64,000 nt of DNA, taken from positions 21,003-85,002 of the forward strand of contig CAVXVG010000036.1 of assembly GCA_963765145.1 (NCBI GenBank), written 5' to 3'. The stretch is from Parachlamydiales bacterium. Lineage in GTDB: Bacteria; Chlamydiota; Chlamydiia; Chlamydiales; JAJFMK01. Below are positions 20,892-29,902 of this stretch, piece by piece; position 1 is the stretch's first letter, and each line of letters begins with the position of its first letter. The notes below the pieces were generated by a model, which did not search any database, was not told the DNA's origin, and was given only the letters and a program-made list of their open reading frames with translations. Made by a program: the position numbers and the translations under genes.

Positions 20892-21453
20892 CCCCCCTCA
20901 AGACCAACTCACGTCGATCGACATCTTCTACGATTTTTCTAGCCATGCTGCGCTAGACGAAAACTTGTCGCTAGCGGCCGCATTAAAAAAACCGCTTTTG
21001 ATAGGAACCACAGGGGGAAAGATCGACCCCAAAACATTAGATGCTTTTGCTAAAAGAAATGAGATCGCCCTATTCCATGCCTCTAGCTTTTCGATCGGCG
21101 CCCATCTTTTTTTGCGGCTTGTTGAAAAAGCTTCAGCTCTTTTGGGCAAAGGGTTTGATCAATGCCTTGTGGAAGAGCATCAAAAAACCAAAAAAGACGC
21201 CCCCTCAGGAATGGGTCTTTTGATTAAGAAGGCAACCGGCAAAGAAGACCTAGATATCCATTCGATCCGTTTAGGGGGCTCTCTTCCAAGCCACTCTCTT
21301 CTATTTGACAGCCCTTCTGAAAGGATTGTTTTAAGCCACACTGCAAAATCAAGAGACCCTTTTGCAGAAGGAGCCCTCTTGGCAGGAGAATGGCTCATCG
21401 GTAAAGTAGGGTTTTATACGATGGAGGACTTTTTAAATGACTACCTTGCCTAG
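20785..21453 (+). CDS. dapB: 4-hydroxy-tetrahydrodipicolinate reductase
   Basis: GFGIMG Rossmann motif, IGTTG, EEHQKTKKDAPSG and FAEGA. Confidence 0.9.
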   Translation: MKIGLIGFGIMGQALAKVAPTKGHTLSAIISRSLPSPPQDQLTSIDIFYDFSSHAALDENLSLAAALKKPLLIGTTGGKIDPKTLDAFAKRNEIALFHASSFSIGAHLFLRLVEKASALLGKGFDQCLVEEHQKTKKDAPSGMGLLIKKATGKEDLDIHSIRLGGSLPSHSLLFDSPSERIVLSHTAKSRDPFAEGALLAGEWLIGKVGFYTMEDFLNDYLA

Positions 21454-22330
21454 AGGGCTTTACACAGCACTAGCAACCCCCTTTGATGCAAAGGGAGAGG
21501 TCGACTTTGTCGGTTTAAAACAAAACATCGAAGAGCAAATCAGCGCTCATGTTTCCGGAATTGTCTTGATCGGCTCGACCGGAGAGGCCGCTACTTTAAC
21601 GTCAGAAGAAGAAAAAGAGATGATCGAGCTTGCTGCCCAGACGATCGATCGTCGCTGCACGTTGGTTGTTGGCATCGGTAGCTCCTCTACAAAAACTTCT
21701 GTCAAAAAATTAAAAACCGCCCAAGAGTGTAGTGCAGATGCTGTTTTGGTTATTTCCCCCTACAGCAACAAGCCAACGCAAGAGGGGCTCTATTACCATT
21801 TTCAGGCCCTTGCTTCAGAAAGCGATATTCCCATCGTCCTTTACAACCATCCGGGAAGAACAGGGGTTTCGATTGCTTTAGACACCCTCCGTCGCTTGTT
21901 AGCCCACTCTCATATTGCCGGAATTAAAGACTGTTCGGCAGACCTTGGCTACTTCATGGAATTGTGCAGGTTGTTTAAAAACGACATCCAGATCATTTCA
22001 GGAGACGATGCTTTTGCCTACTCTCATTTAGGCCTCGGAGCTTCTGCCCTCTTTTCAACAGCTTCCAACCTTTTCCCTCACGTCATGGCCAAGCTGGTCT
22101 CATTGGTTTTAGAAAGACGTTTTGATGAGGCGTTATCGCTCCATTACAAACTTCTCCCCCTTTTCAATGCGCTAAACTCTGAAACAAACCCGATTCCGTT
22201 GAAAAAAGGGATGGAATTGATGGGGAAACCGAGCGGCTCTCCTAGGTTGCCACTCACCCCCCTTTCTGCCGGCAATACCGCCACTTTAGAAAAGATATTA
22301 TGCAACGTTCGCCCAACATCCAACGTTTAA
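21437..22330 (+). CDS. dapA: 4-hydroxy-tetrahydrodipicolinate synthase
   Basis: GSTGE, LYNHPGRTG, GIKD and ETNPIPLK. Confidence 0.95.
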   Translation: MTTLPRGLYTALATPFDAKGEVDFVGLKQNIEEQISAHVSGIVLIGSTGEAATLTSEEEKEMIELAAQTIDRRCTLVVGIGSSSTKTSVKKLKTAQECSADAVLVISPYSNKPTQEGLYYHFQALASESDIPIVLYNHPGRTGVSIALDTLRRLLAHSHIAGIKDCSADLGYFMELCRLFKNDIQIISGDDAFAYSHLGLGASALFSTASNLFPHVMAKLVSLVLERRFDEALSLHYKLLPLFNALNSETNPIPLKKGMELMGKPSGSPRLPLTPLSAGNTATLEKILCNVRPTSNV

Positions 22331-23463
22331 CCCCTAATTACATCTTCGCTGAAATCAAAATCAGGGTGGATGCCTATTTGAAAAAGCATCCGGATGGCCG
22401 AAAATTGATTTCGCTTGCTTTGGGCGACACGACGCATCCTCTTCCTGAGGTTATTTCGAATGGATTGTCAGATGCGGCATTGAAATTGGCCACCGATGCG
22501 GGATACAAAGGGTATAATCCCCTCCTTGGCCTAGATGCCTTTAGAGCTTCAATCAGTGAAAATATCTATCACAGCCACCTTTCTGCTGATGAAATCACCA
22601 TCTCAGACGGAATCAAACCAGATTTAGCCCGTTTTGCCCTTCTATCGGGTGGCAAGCAAAAGGTGGCGATCCAAGACCCGTCTTATCCTGTTTATTTAGA
22701 GACGTCTTATTTGGTGGGCGACGAAGTTATTTTGCTTCCTGCTACAAAAGAGAATGGCTTTTTCCCCGATTGGTGCTCTTTGAAAGGGCCTCATCTGCTT
22801 TTTCTTTGCTCTCCTAATAATCCAACAGGTGTTGCAGCCACAAAACAGCAGCTCCAAAAAATTGTGGACCACGCCCGAAAAGAGGAGATGTTGATTTTAT
22901 TCGATGCTGCTTATCAAGCGTATGTAACCGATCCTTCTATTCCACGATCCATTTTTGAAATCGAAGGGGCTAAAAGTTGTGCCATTGAATGGGGTTCTTT
23001 CTCTAAAAGCGCCGGTTTTAGCGGACTTCGTTTGGGTTGGTGTGCCATGTCAAAAGAGCTACGCTATTCTTCCGGAGAATCTATTTTAGATGATTGGAAA
23101 AGGATATTGCATTCGTCTTTAAATGGAGTGTCTTACCTTTCACAGGTTGGAGGGATCAAGGCTTTATCGATAGAGGGGCAAAAAGATTTACAACAGATTG
23201 TGAAAGGGTATTTAGAAAATGCACGCTTGTTAAAAGAGGCGTTAATCAAAAAAGGGATCCAAAGTTATGGGGGCATTCACACCCCTTTCATTTGGGCCGA
23301 TTTCGGGCCTAAAACATCGTGGGAAGCCTTTGATGAGCTGCTAACAAAATACCAGATAGTGACGACTCCCGGCGTTGGATTTGGATCGGCCGGAGAGGGT
23401 TTTCTCCGTTTCAGCGCCCTCGGCAAGCCCCACGACCTCCTCGACGCCCTCCAGAGAATGTAG
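22300..23463 (+). CDS. dapL: LL-diaminopimelate aminotransferase
   Basis: CSPNNPTG, FDAAY, SFSKSAGFSGLRLG and TPGVGFG, within the dap operon. Confidence 0.93.
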   Translation: MQRSPNIQRLTPNYIFAEIKIRVDAYLKKHPDGRKLISLALGDTTHPLPEVISNGLSDAALKLATDAGYKGYNPLLGLDAFRASISENIYHSHLSADEITISDGIKPDLARFALLSGGKQKVAIQDPSYPVYLETSYLVGDEVILLPATKENGFFPDWCSLKGPHLLFLCSPNNPTGVAATKQQLQKIVDHARKEEMLILFDAAYQAYVTDPSIPRSIFEIEGAKSCAIEWGSFSKSAGFSGLRLGWCAMSKELRYSSGESILDDWKRILHSSLNGVSYLSQVGGIKALSIEGQKDLQQIVKGYLENARLLKEALIKKGIQSYGGIHTPFIWADFGPKTSWEAFDELLTKYQIVTTPGVGFGSAGEGFLRFSALGKPHDLLDALQRM

Positions 23464-24062
23464 CTTAGGCTTTAGAAGTACTTGCAAAAATCGGATTGTT
23501 GGCTTTTTTTTAGAAACAGGTCCGAAGGACCGAAATATGAAAGCCCAGCGCCGAAGGCCTGGGTTACAAATGTGAAATAAAATTGGAGTCCTGAAAGGAC
23601 GGCATAAAATATCTCCTGTAGTGTTTGTGGAACAGGATATGTCGTCCCTTCAGGACTCCAATTTCTATTGGCATACTTACCCTGGCCTTCGACCAGGGCT
23701 TTCATATTTCGGCCCTTCGGGCCTGTTTCTGAGCTTAATCTGATTTTTGCAAGTGGCTCTTTAGAGCCACTTGCAAAATTCAGGCTCCAGATCACAATAG
23801 ACCCGTATGCATTGCATTAACATAAGGAAGAGCTTCCTATAAATTTAACAGGATGAACAGGATCGCCTACGGCGACAGGATAAGCTCCGCCTAGCTTTAT
23901 CGTTTTGTAAACAGAAAATTATTTTAGTTGGCGAAGCTTATCCTGTTCACCCTGTTCATCCTGTTATTTTTATCTTGTAACCAAGAGCTCTTAAGAGATG
24001 TTAAGGGCTTTATCAGAGTTCATTCTGATTTTTGCAAGTGCCTCTAAAGTCTAAGCTACATT
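23457..24062. mobile_element. Nested stack of miniature inverted-repeat elements
   Basis: Outer AATGTAGCTTAG(G/A)CTTTA arms. Two tandem units with TAGA..(C/T)ACTTGCAAAA ends (23473-23761, 23762-24046). Inner palindromes at 23512-23730 and ~23847-23968. Confidence 0.85.
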
Positions 24063-24081
24063 TATCGGGAAGCATTATTTT

Positions 24082-26889
24082 TTAGTGGATGTTTGGCTTG
24101 TAGGAGGTTAAGACGTGGCGGGTGCCGTCGCGGAAAGGCTGATCAGGGATGCTGTCGACCATGACCTGTAACATCTGGTCGAGCATCAGAGGGTATCTTT
24201 CGGTTTTCAGCGCTGATTCATTAGGAGAATCAGCTGTTTCAATGTTCAATTCTTTTTCAAGCTCACGCTTATCAAAGTAGAGAGGAGGGCTTATTTTAAC
24301 CTCTTTGATCGCATCTTTGAATGGCTTTCCGTCTTCATCAATGGCCTTTCCATCTAATACAACACGGACAACAGAAATGTCGTATCCTTCCTCGACCATC
24401 GCTACGTTATTTTTTGCAACCAATGACACATTGATAGCATAAAGCTCATAGTCATCTTGCCCATTTCTTACGAAGGCAAGATGGGGTGCTTGAGTGTCAA
24501 TAGTTCCCCCACCTTTGCCAATCCCATACAATAAGAATGCTCGCTTTGAATTAACGGAAGAAAGCTCTGATCCGGCCAAAACATTGGCCAAGTTCACCAT
24601 CCTCGTCTCAGACCATCCCAACGGCGCTAACACCTTCTTATGAGCAGCAAAAGACTCGCGTCCAAGAACAGTTGGCTCTGCGCCCTTACCTAGGTCATAA
24701 AGAAAGACCGCCCTGTCAACAGCATTATCGATCTTATCGATAGCACCCTCGCCTGCATAAAGTTCTCTATCAAAAAGAAGGCCTACGCCCCTCTTTAGAT
24801 CTGAAACATTGGTCCCTTTTGTCGCTAGCACTTCTTCTTGCTTTGTCTCAAAACCTTTTTGCAAGCCTGCATAACCCGCATATCTAGCTTGAGCACTATT
24901 TTCTAGAACCTGCAGCTGCGCCATTCTTCGCTTCTGACGAGTCTCGATTTGTTCCGATCGAGTCCCCATGCTTGTGTTGTACGAGTCAACGATCTGACGT
25001 AAGCCTGCACCATGGTTAAAATAAATGATGTAGAGCTTATTAGAGTCCCTAATGCTTGGCCTTTCTACAGCTGCATCAGCCTCTTCCAACCTTTTCTTTT
25101 GCAAGTCTTGAACGACTCCAAAAACAGCAGGGACTTTCTCTGCAGCACCATAGAGGGCAATCTCTTCAGCCATTTGCAAAGCAATAGTCCTTTCGGCAAG
25201 CATTGCCTCTTCAACCTCTTCAAGGTTGCCTTTGGTTTCGAAAAAAAGGCGCACTACCGTTGCATTAAAATTGGGCGTCCCCTCATCGGTCACCAACCCT
25301 TTTTCATGTAGTTCAGAAATGATCTTGTTTCTCTCATCTCTTAGCCCGCCTACAGCAAGATATGCAGTTTCTAGGACCCCTGGTAACATTTTCACCGACT
25401 GAACCTTTAAGACCGCATCCGCAATTATTTCCACAATACTGTTGGTCTTTAATGCTGGATTTTGTTCAATCCACAAGTTCACCATATCTTGAACCATTTC
25501 TATGGCGAGCGCGTCGTAATCGGCTGCCTCTTTATTAATAGCCTTTAACCCCTTGTTTATCTTCTTTTCCAACTGCCCCATGAGCGCTATTTGTTGATCT
25601 ATTTGCCCAACATGACGGAGCTGCTTTGTCAAAAAGAGATAACCGCCTTCTTTTTGTCTTTCTTCTCGCTGACTCAAGATCTCTTGTAATTGGCTCTTAG
25701 CAGCTTCAATACGTCTCTGTAAAATGGGGTTTGGATAAGCTTGCTGTATCTTCTCTGCCCTGTTGATTTCTCGTAAAAGGACAAGCACCTGATCCTGAGA
25801 GGTTCCAAAGTCACTTCCATCGCTTTTAATTTGTGCGACTTGCGACTGTAAAACTTTCAACTCTTTAACCAAACCACTTGTCATCACCTGCAAAAACCAC
25901 ACTTTGAATCGGTCAACTAAAAATAATGCTGGCTTTGTAGTTTCTATGTCTAAATGGACCTCATGCAACTGACGGAGCTTCACTATCCAATCGACTTCTT
26001 TTTCGGACAGCTTGACGTCCGCTCCTGACAAAACGGCGATCCGCAACTTTTGAAAAACTGTACTTCCCTCTTTCTCTCTTAATAATGAAAGTGCCTCTAA
26101 TTGCACTGAAGGCGAGTCGATCAGCTCGTTTAAAGTGCCTAACCAAACCGCTGCGCTATCAGCATTGAGAACGTGAGGTGTAAAGGTTTCACCCATTTTT
26201 TCTTTGATGGCAGCCACCATCTTAGTGATCGTTGTAGGGTCAATTGCTTCTTGCCCCAAAAGTTCGGTGAAGTCTTTCATCCGATTTTTTTGAAGGGCCA
26301 TCTGACGTTCAATGACCGACTTGTCAGGCTCTACTAAATCCGTTTTATCCAACTTCTCGTAAGCGCCCATCCATTTCTGATAGTCTGCAACAAGGAGTTG
26401 CAATCTTGCTTTCATCTTTTCTTGATCCGGAGCTGCAGCTTTGACCCCTAGTAAGCCGGCTTTAAGGAATGTCCCTTCCAATTTTTCGTTTTCTTCAAGC
26501 CTTGCAAGCCTGTCTTTAGGTAAAAGCGCGTTGAAACCTTTGAGAGGGTTTAGGCGACGCTGGCGAATGTTTTTAGCATCTTGCAGCTGAGAAAAAAGGT
26601 GATCTGCCCCTAGCCCTTTGACTTTTGTTTGGGTGACTTGACTATAATCGCCTTTTAATACTTTCTCGATTCGGGTAAGTGTGTTGTCTCCCCCTCCACG
26701 TAGGAACGTTTGGAGGGCAGAAGAATCGGTAAATTTAGCCTCTTTAAATATTTCAAGGGCTTTAAGCATAAATTCCCGTTGGTTAGGCGTGAGCCTTTTC
26801 ATACGGGATTGAAAATCAGTTATCTGAATGGTAGAAAGATTGTCAACAAACTGATCGAGCCGCTGCCCAAAGTTGACATCACCACTCAT
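24082..26889 (-). CDS. Large helical hypothetical protein downstream of an LcrH-type chaperone; candidate T3SS substrate
   Basis: 935-aa ORF, 1 bp from the upstream small ORF. Confidence 0.7.
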   Translation of the reverse strand: MSGDVNFGQRLDQFVDNLSTIQITDFQSRMKRLTPNQREFMLKALEIFKEAKFTDSSALQTFLRGGGDNTLTRIEKVLKGDYSQVTQTKVKGLGADHLFSQLQDAKNIRQRRLNPLKGFNALLPKDRLARLEENEKLEGTFLKAGLLGVKAAAPDQEKMKARLQLLVADYQKWMGAYEKLDKTDLVEPDKSVIERQMALQKNRMKDFTELLGQEAIDPTTITKMVAAIKEKMGETFTPHVLNADSAAVWLGTLNELIDSPSVQLEALSLLREKEGSTVFQKLRIAVLSGADVKLSEKEVDWIVKLRQLHEVHLDIETTKPALFLVDRFKVWFLQVMTSGLVKELKVLQSQVAQIKSDGSDFGTSQDQVLVLLREINRAEKIQQAYPNPILQRRIEAAKSQLQEILSQREERQKEGGYLFLTKQLRHVGQIDQQIALMGQLEKKINKGLKAINKEAADYDALAIEMVQDMVNLWIEQNPALKTNSIVEIIADAVLKVQSVKMLPGVLETAYLAVGGLRDERNKIISELHEKGLVTDEGTPNFNATVVRLFFETKGNLEEVEEAMLAERTIALQMAEEIALYGAAEKVPAVFGVVQDLQKKRLEEADAAVERPSIRDSNKLYIIYFNHGAGLRQIVDSYNTSMGTRSEQIETRQKRRMAQLQVLENSAQARYAGYAGLQKGFETKQEEVLATKGTNVSDLKRGVGLLFDRELYAGEGAIDKIDNAVDRAVFLYDLGKGAEPTVLGRESFAAHKKVLAPLGWSETRMVNLANVLAGSELSSVNSKRAFLLYGIGKGGGTIDTQAPHLAFVRNGQDDYELYAINVSLVAKNNVAMVEEGYDISVVRVVLDGKAIDEDGKPFKDAIKEVKISPPLYFDKRELEKELNIETADSPNESALKTERYPLMLDQMLQVMVDSIPDQPFRDGTRHVLTSYKPNIH

Positions 26890-26890
26890 A

Positions 26891-27094
26891 CTATTTCCTC
26901 CGATTAGCAGCGAGTAGGGCTAACACCGTTGCAGCTGCTGCAGTTTTAGAAGGAGGATTTGCTCCCTCTTTTGGAACAGAAACCGAATCAGCAAGGAGTG
27001 TCTTGTTTTCGACGTTGTGTCCTTCAGAGTCGGTTGGCCCTACCGGGTGGTGATAGGATGGACTGATGTGTCCTTTTCCAAGTGGATCTAGCAT
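26891..27094 (-). CDS. Small hypothetical protein
   Basis: AGGAG RBS before ATG; packed tightly between the chaperone and the 935-aa gene. Confidence 0.6.
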   Translation of the reverse strand: MLDPLGKGHISPSYHHPVGPTDSEGHNVENKTLLADSVSVPKEGANPPSKTAAAATVLALLAANRRK

Positions 27095-27104
27095 ATTTAA
27101 CTCC

Positions 27105-27875
27105 TTAAGAAAATGTTTTTAGTTTTTTACTGATTTGTTTAACTTTGGGCTTTAAAAAAGCATATTCTTGGTTCTTCATTTTTTCTTTAGCCAGATGAAG
27201 ATGCTCTTCTGCCTCGTTGGGTATCTTTAAGTCTAAAAAGCAGTCAGCAAGAAACAGCTCGACGATTGGGTCGTTGTCTCGGATATGTTTACTTTTTTTA
27301 TAGGCTGAAACTGCATGTTCAAAATCGCCCCTTTCTTGGTAGGCAATGGCAAGCCCCAACCAAAACTCGTACACACCCCCATTCAAGTGGGTCAGGAGAA
27401 AGAAAAGAGCGCCTGCTTTTTCATAATTGTCTTCCTGCAAAAAATGTCGTCCGACTTGGTAAAAATAGGACATCGTTTCGTTAGAGATAAAAAAGGCTTC
27501 TTGCAATGTTTTGCCACTTTGCAAAACGGTGTCCAAAAACTCGCCTGAAGGGCTGATCGACTCCATGAATTCAAGCCACCGTTCATATTCGCGACGGACG
27601 CGCATCGACTCATCATCATCGAGCCCCCCTAACACCTGAGGCAACCCCTCAGCCAGCGCATTATATCCGGCCACAACCTCGTCGAAGGTATAGAACGACT
27701 CGGCTTTGATCTCTTGTTGGAATTGAGCCAACAATTGATTGGTATCTTTTAACGGTTGAGGGTGGCGCGCTAGATAGTCGGCCACTTTCATCTCGGCAGC
27801 TGCAGAGACCAAACGGGAAAAATAGGCCTCATCCTCTTCTGTGATTTCCCAATCTTCTTGAATATGTTCGTCCAT
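27105..27875 (-). CDS. TPR protein, SycD/LcrH-like type III secretion chaperone
   Basis: TLQEAFFISNETMSYFYQVG..A..LF.LLT.LN..VYEFWLGLA..YQ..G.F..A..AY TPR pattern. Confidence 0.7.
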   Translation of the reverse strand: MDEHIQEDWEITEEDEAYFSRLVSAAAEMKVADYLARHPQPLKDTNQLLAQFQQEIKAESFYTFDEVVAGYNALAEGLPQVLGGLDDDESMRVRREYERWLEFMESISPSGEFLDTVLQSGKTLQEAFFISNETMSYFYQVGRHFLQEDNYEKAGALFFLLTHLNGGVYEFWLGLAIAYQERGDFEHAVSAYKKSKHIRDNDPIVELFLADCFLDLKIPNEAEEHLHLAKEKMKNQEYAFLKPKVKQISKKLKTFS

Positions 27876-28009
27876 AAAACCTCACATCGGAATCTATCTA
27901 ATTCATAAACTTTTTATATTTAGAAAAAGTAAATTATTTTAGATAAAATCAAACTAAGATCGCCTAACGCCAAAGCCTTCAATGTAAAAGATATTATTTT
28001 TCTCGCTTT

Positions 28010-28098
28010 AGCGTTTGGAGTGCTAAACTCCTGTTTAGCTTTCACTTTCACTGATAAGTCAAAGCTAAACAGGAGTTTAGCACTCCAAACGCTTCGCG
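28010..28098. repeat. Palindromic element, family C (GCGTTTGGAGTGC), copy 1
   Basis: Long near-perfect inverted repeat. Copies at 33890, 39649 and 62970. Confidence 0.9.
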
Positions 28099-28159
28099 CT
28101 ATTTAAATAACATTAAGTGGTGGACGGCTTGAGTATTAAGGGATTAAAATGGGAGCCTC

Positions 28160-29902
28160 ATGAAACGATTCTGGTTCTTTTTTTTGCTCGTATTTTCTCT
28201 GCAGGCAATTGATTATCAGGTGTTTTTTGAGGGGGCAAACGAAAAACAAGCCTCATTGTTAAGAGAAATTTCGCAAACCAAGCAGCTAGAGAAGACACCT
28301 CCTTCCACCCCTATCGCCCTCAGAAAAAGAGCCGAAGCAGACATCCCCCTCCTCCTCTCAGGGCTGCAGAGCTTAGGGCTGTACGGAGCTTCGGTCACTG
28401 TGATGCTAGACACGGAAAGAAGCCCGGCCGTTGTCGTTTTTAAAATTAAACCTGGTATCGTCTTCACCTTAGGAGAGATAGAAGTTGAGCTAGAGGGCGA
28501 TACCGAAGAAAACCCGGTTGATGGGGTCACCCCCCGAGACCTTGGGCTATTGATCGGATCGCCTGCCTTACCGGAAACAATTTTAGAAGCCGAAGACCTC
28601 CTGCTGCAGATTTTAAAGAAACGGGGCTACCTCTTTGCTATTATCGAGAAAAAAGTGATCGCAAAAGAGGCCACTTCAGAACTTTCGATTGTTTTCATTG
28701 TTCGCTCGGGCCCGCACGTTCGCTTTGGCCCCACCGCTATTTTTGGCTTAGACAGTGTCAATCAAGACTATGTGGAATCAAAAATTGCTTGGAAGGAGGG
28801 AGATCCATATGACCCCAATCTCCTGACCCAAACCCAAGCGGCCCTTGAAGGGACCGGCCTTTTTACCACCATCGCCTTTGAACATGAGAAAGAGCCCTCA
28901 GTAGAAGGAGAGCTTCCTTTTGACATCATTTTGCAAGAGGGTTACCACCGAACCATAGGTATAGGTGCCGCTTACAATACCTCTTTAGGCCCAGGCGTCA
29001 GCTTCAATTGGGACCATAGAAACGCTTTCAGCCGTGGACACAAGGTAGCCGCTTCGGCCGATCTGTTTTGGATCAGACAAAATGGGAAGGTGGAATACAC
29101 AATACCTCAGTTTTTTCAGTCCAACCAACGCTTACGCTTTGTCGGAGAACTTGAAAAAGAAAAAACAGAGGGTTTTACAGAAACCTTTTATAGCGCCTTC
29201 ACCTATTTAGACCGTTTTCCCTCCAACTGTTGGCGTTACTCGATAGGATTTGGTTATAAACAGCTCTTTAGCTCCAATTCCAATAACAACGAACCGTTCG
29301 CACTTCTAAAGCTTCCTTTAACCACAAAGCTTTCTTTCATAGATGATCCGCTTGATCCTACTACAGGCAGCCTTCTGTTTATGAAAGCGATACCCACATA
29401 CCGTTTTAATCGAAACGAGTTCTTCTACACAATTTTGGAAGGGATTGGCTCTAGCTACTATCCAATCGACTGGCTCCTTCCGCAGGTTTTAGCCTTCAAG
29501 ATCCACATCGGTTCGATTGTGGGGCCAGGCACTGTGACTATACCTCCTCCGGAGCGTTTTTATGCAGGCTCTGACTGCACACTAAGAGGTTATAAATACC
29601 TTACCGTCAGTCCACTCAATCACGAAGGCAAACCGATCGGAGGCAGATCATTGGCAATTTTTTCTGCAGAGCATCGCATCAGGCTGACACCTGAAATTGG
29701 GTTTGTTAGCTTTTACGATGTGGGGAATGTCTACGATCAGTCGTTGCCAAGGCTTGACCAAAAGCAGCTGCAATCCATTGGCGTTGGTTTCCGTTATTAT
29801 ACTCCTGTAGGACCATTGAGAGCCGATATTGCATTCCCGTTAAACAAACGACCTATAGACAACAATTTCCAAATCTACTTGAGTATAGGTCAGTCGTTCT
29901 AA
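28160..29902 (+). CDS. tamA: Omp85-family outer membrane protein (TamA-like)
   Basis: POTRA region, RFYAG...LRGY, GVGFRYYTPVGPLRADIAFP and C-terminal IGQSF. Confidence 0.88.
   Translation: MKRFWFFFLLVFSLQAIDYQVFFEGANEKQASLLREISQTKQLEKTPPSTPIALRKRAEADIPLLLSGLQSLGLYGASVTVMLDTERSPAVVVFKIKPGIVFTLGEIEVELEGDTEENPVDGVTPRDLGLLIGSPALPETILEAEDLLLQILKKRGYLFAIIEKKVIAKEATSELSIVFIVRSGPHVRFGPTAIFGLDSVNQDYVESKIAWKEGDPYDPNLLTQTQAALEGTGLFTTIAFEHEKEPSVEGELPFDIILQEGYHRTIGIGAAYNTSLGPGVSFNWDHRNAFSRGHKVAASADLFWIRQNGKVEYTIPQFFQSNQRLRFVGELEKEKTEGFTETFYSAFTYLDRFPSNCWRYSIGFGYKQLFSSNSNNNEPFALLKLPLTTKLSFIDDPLDPTTGSLLFMKAIPTYRFNRNEFFYTILEGIGSSYYPIDWLLPQVLAFKIHIGSIVGPGTVTIPPPERFYAGSDCTLRGYKYLTVSPLNHEGKPIGGRSLAIFSAEHRIRLTPEIGFVSFYDVGNVYDQSLPRLDQKQLQSIGVGFRYYTPVGPLRADIAFPLNKRPIDNNFQIYLSIGQSF

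Noticed and set aside
23472..23795. ORFs 23472-23795, 23375-23575, 10368-10583, 7777-7980 and 58588-58860
   Set aside because: They are translations of palindromic elements; the same peptides recur (LTLGYNPKR, ETGPK.RNMKA).
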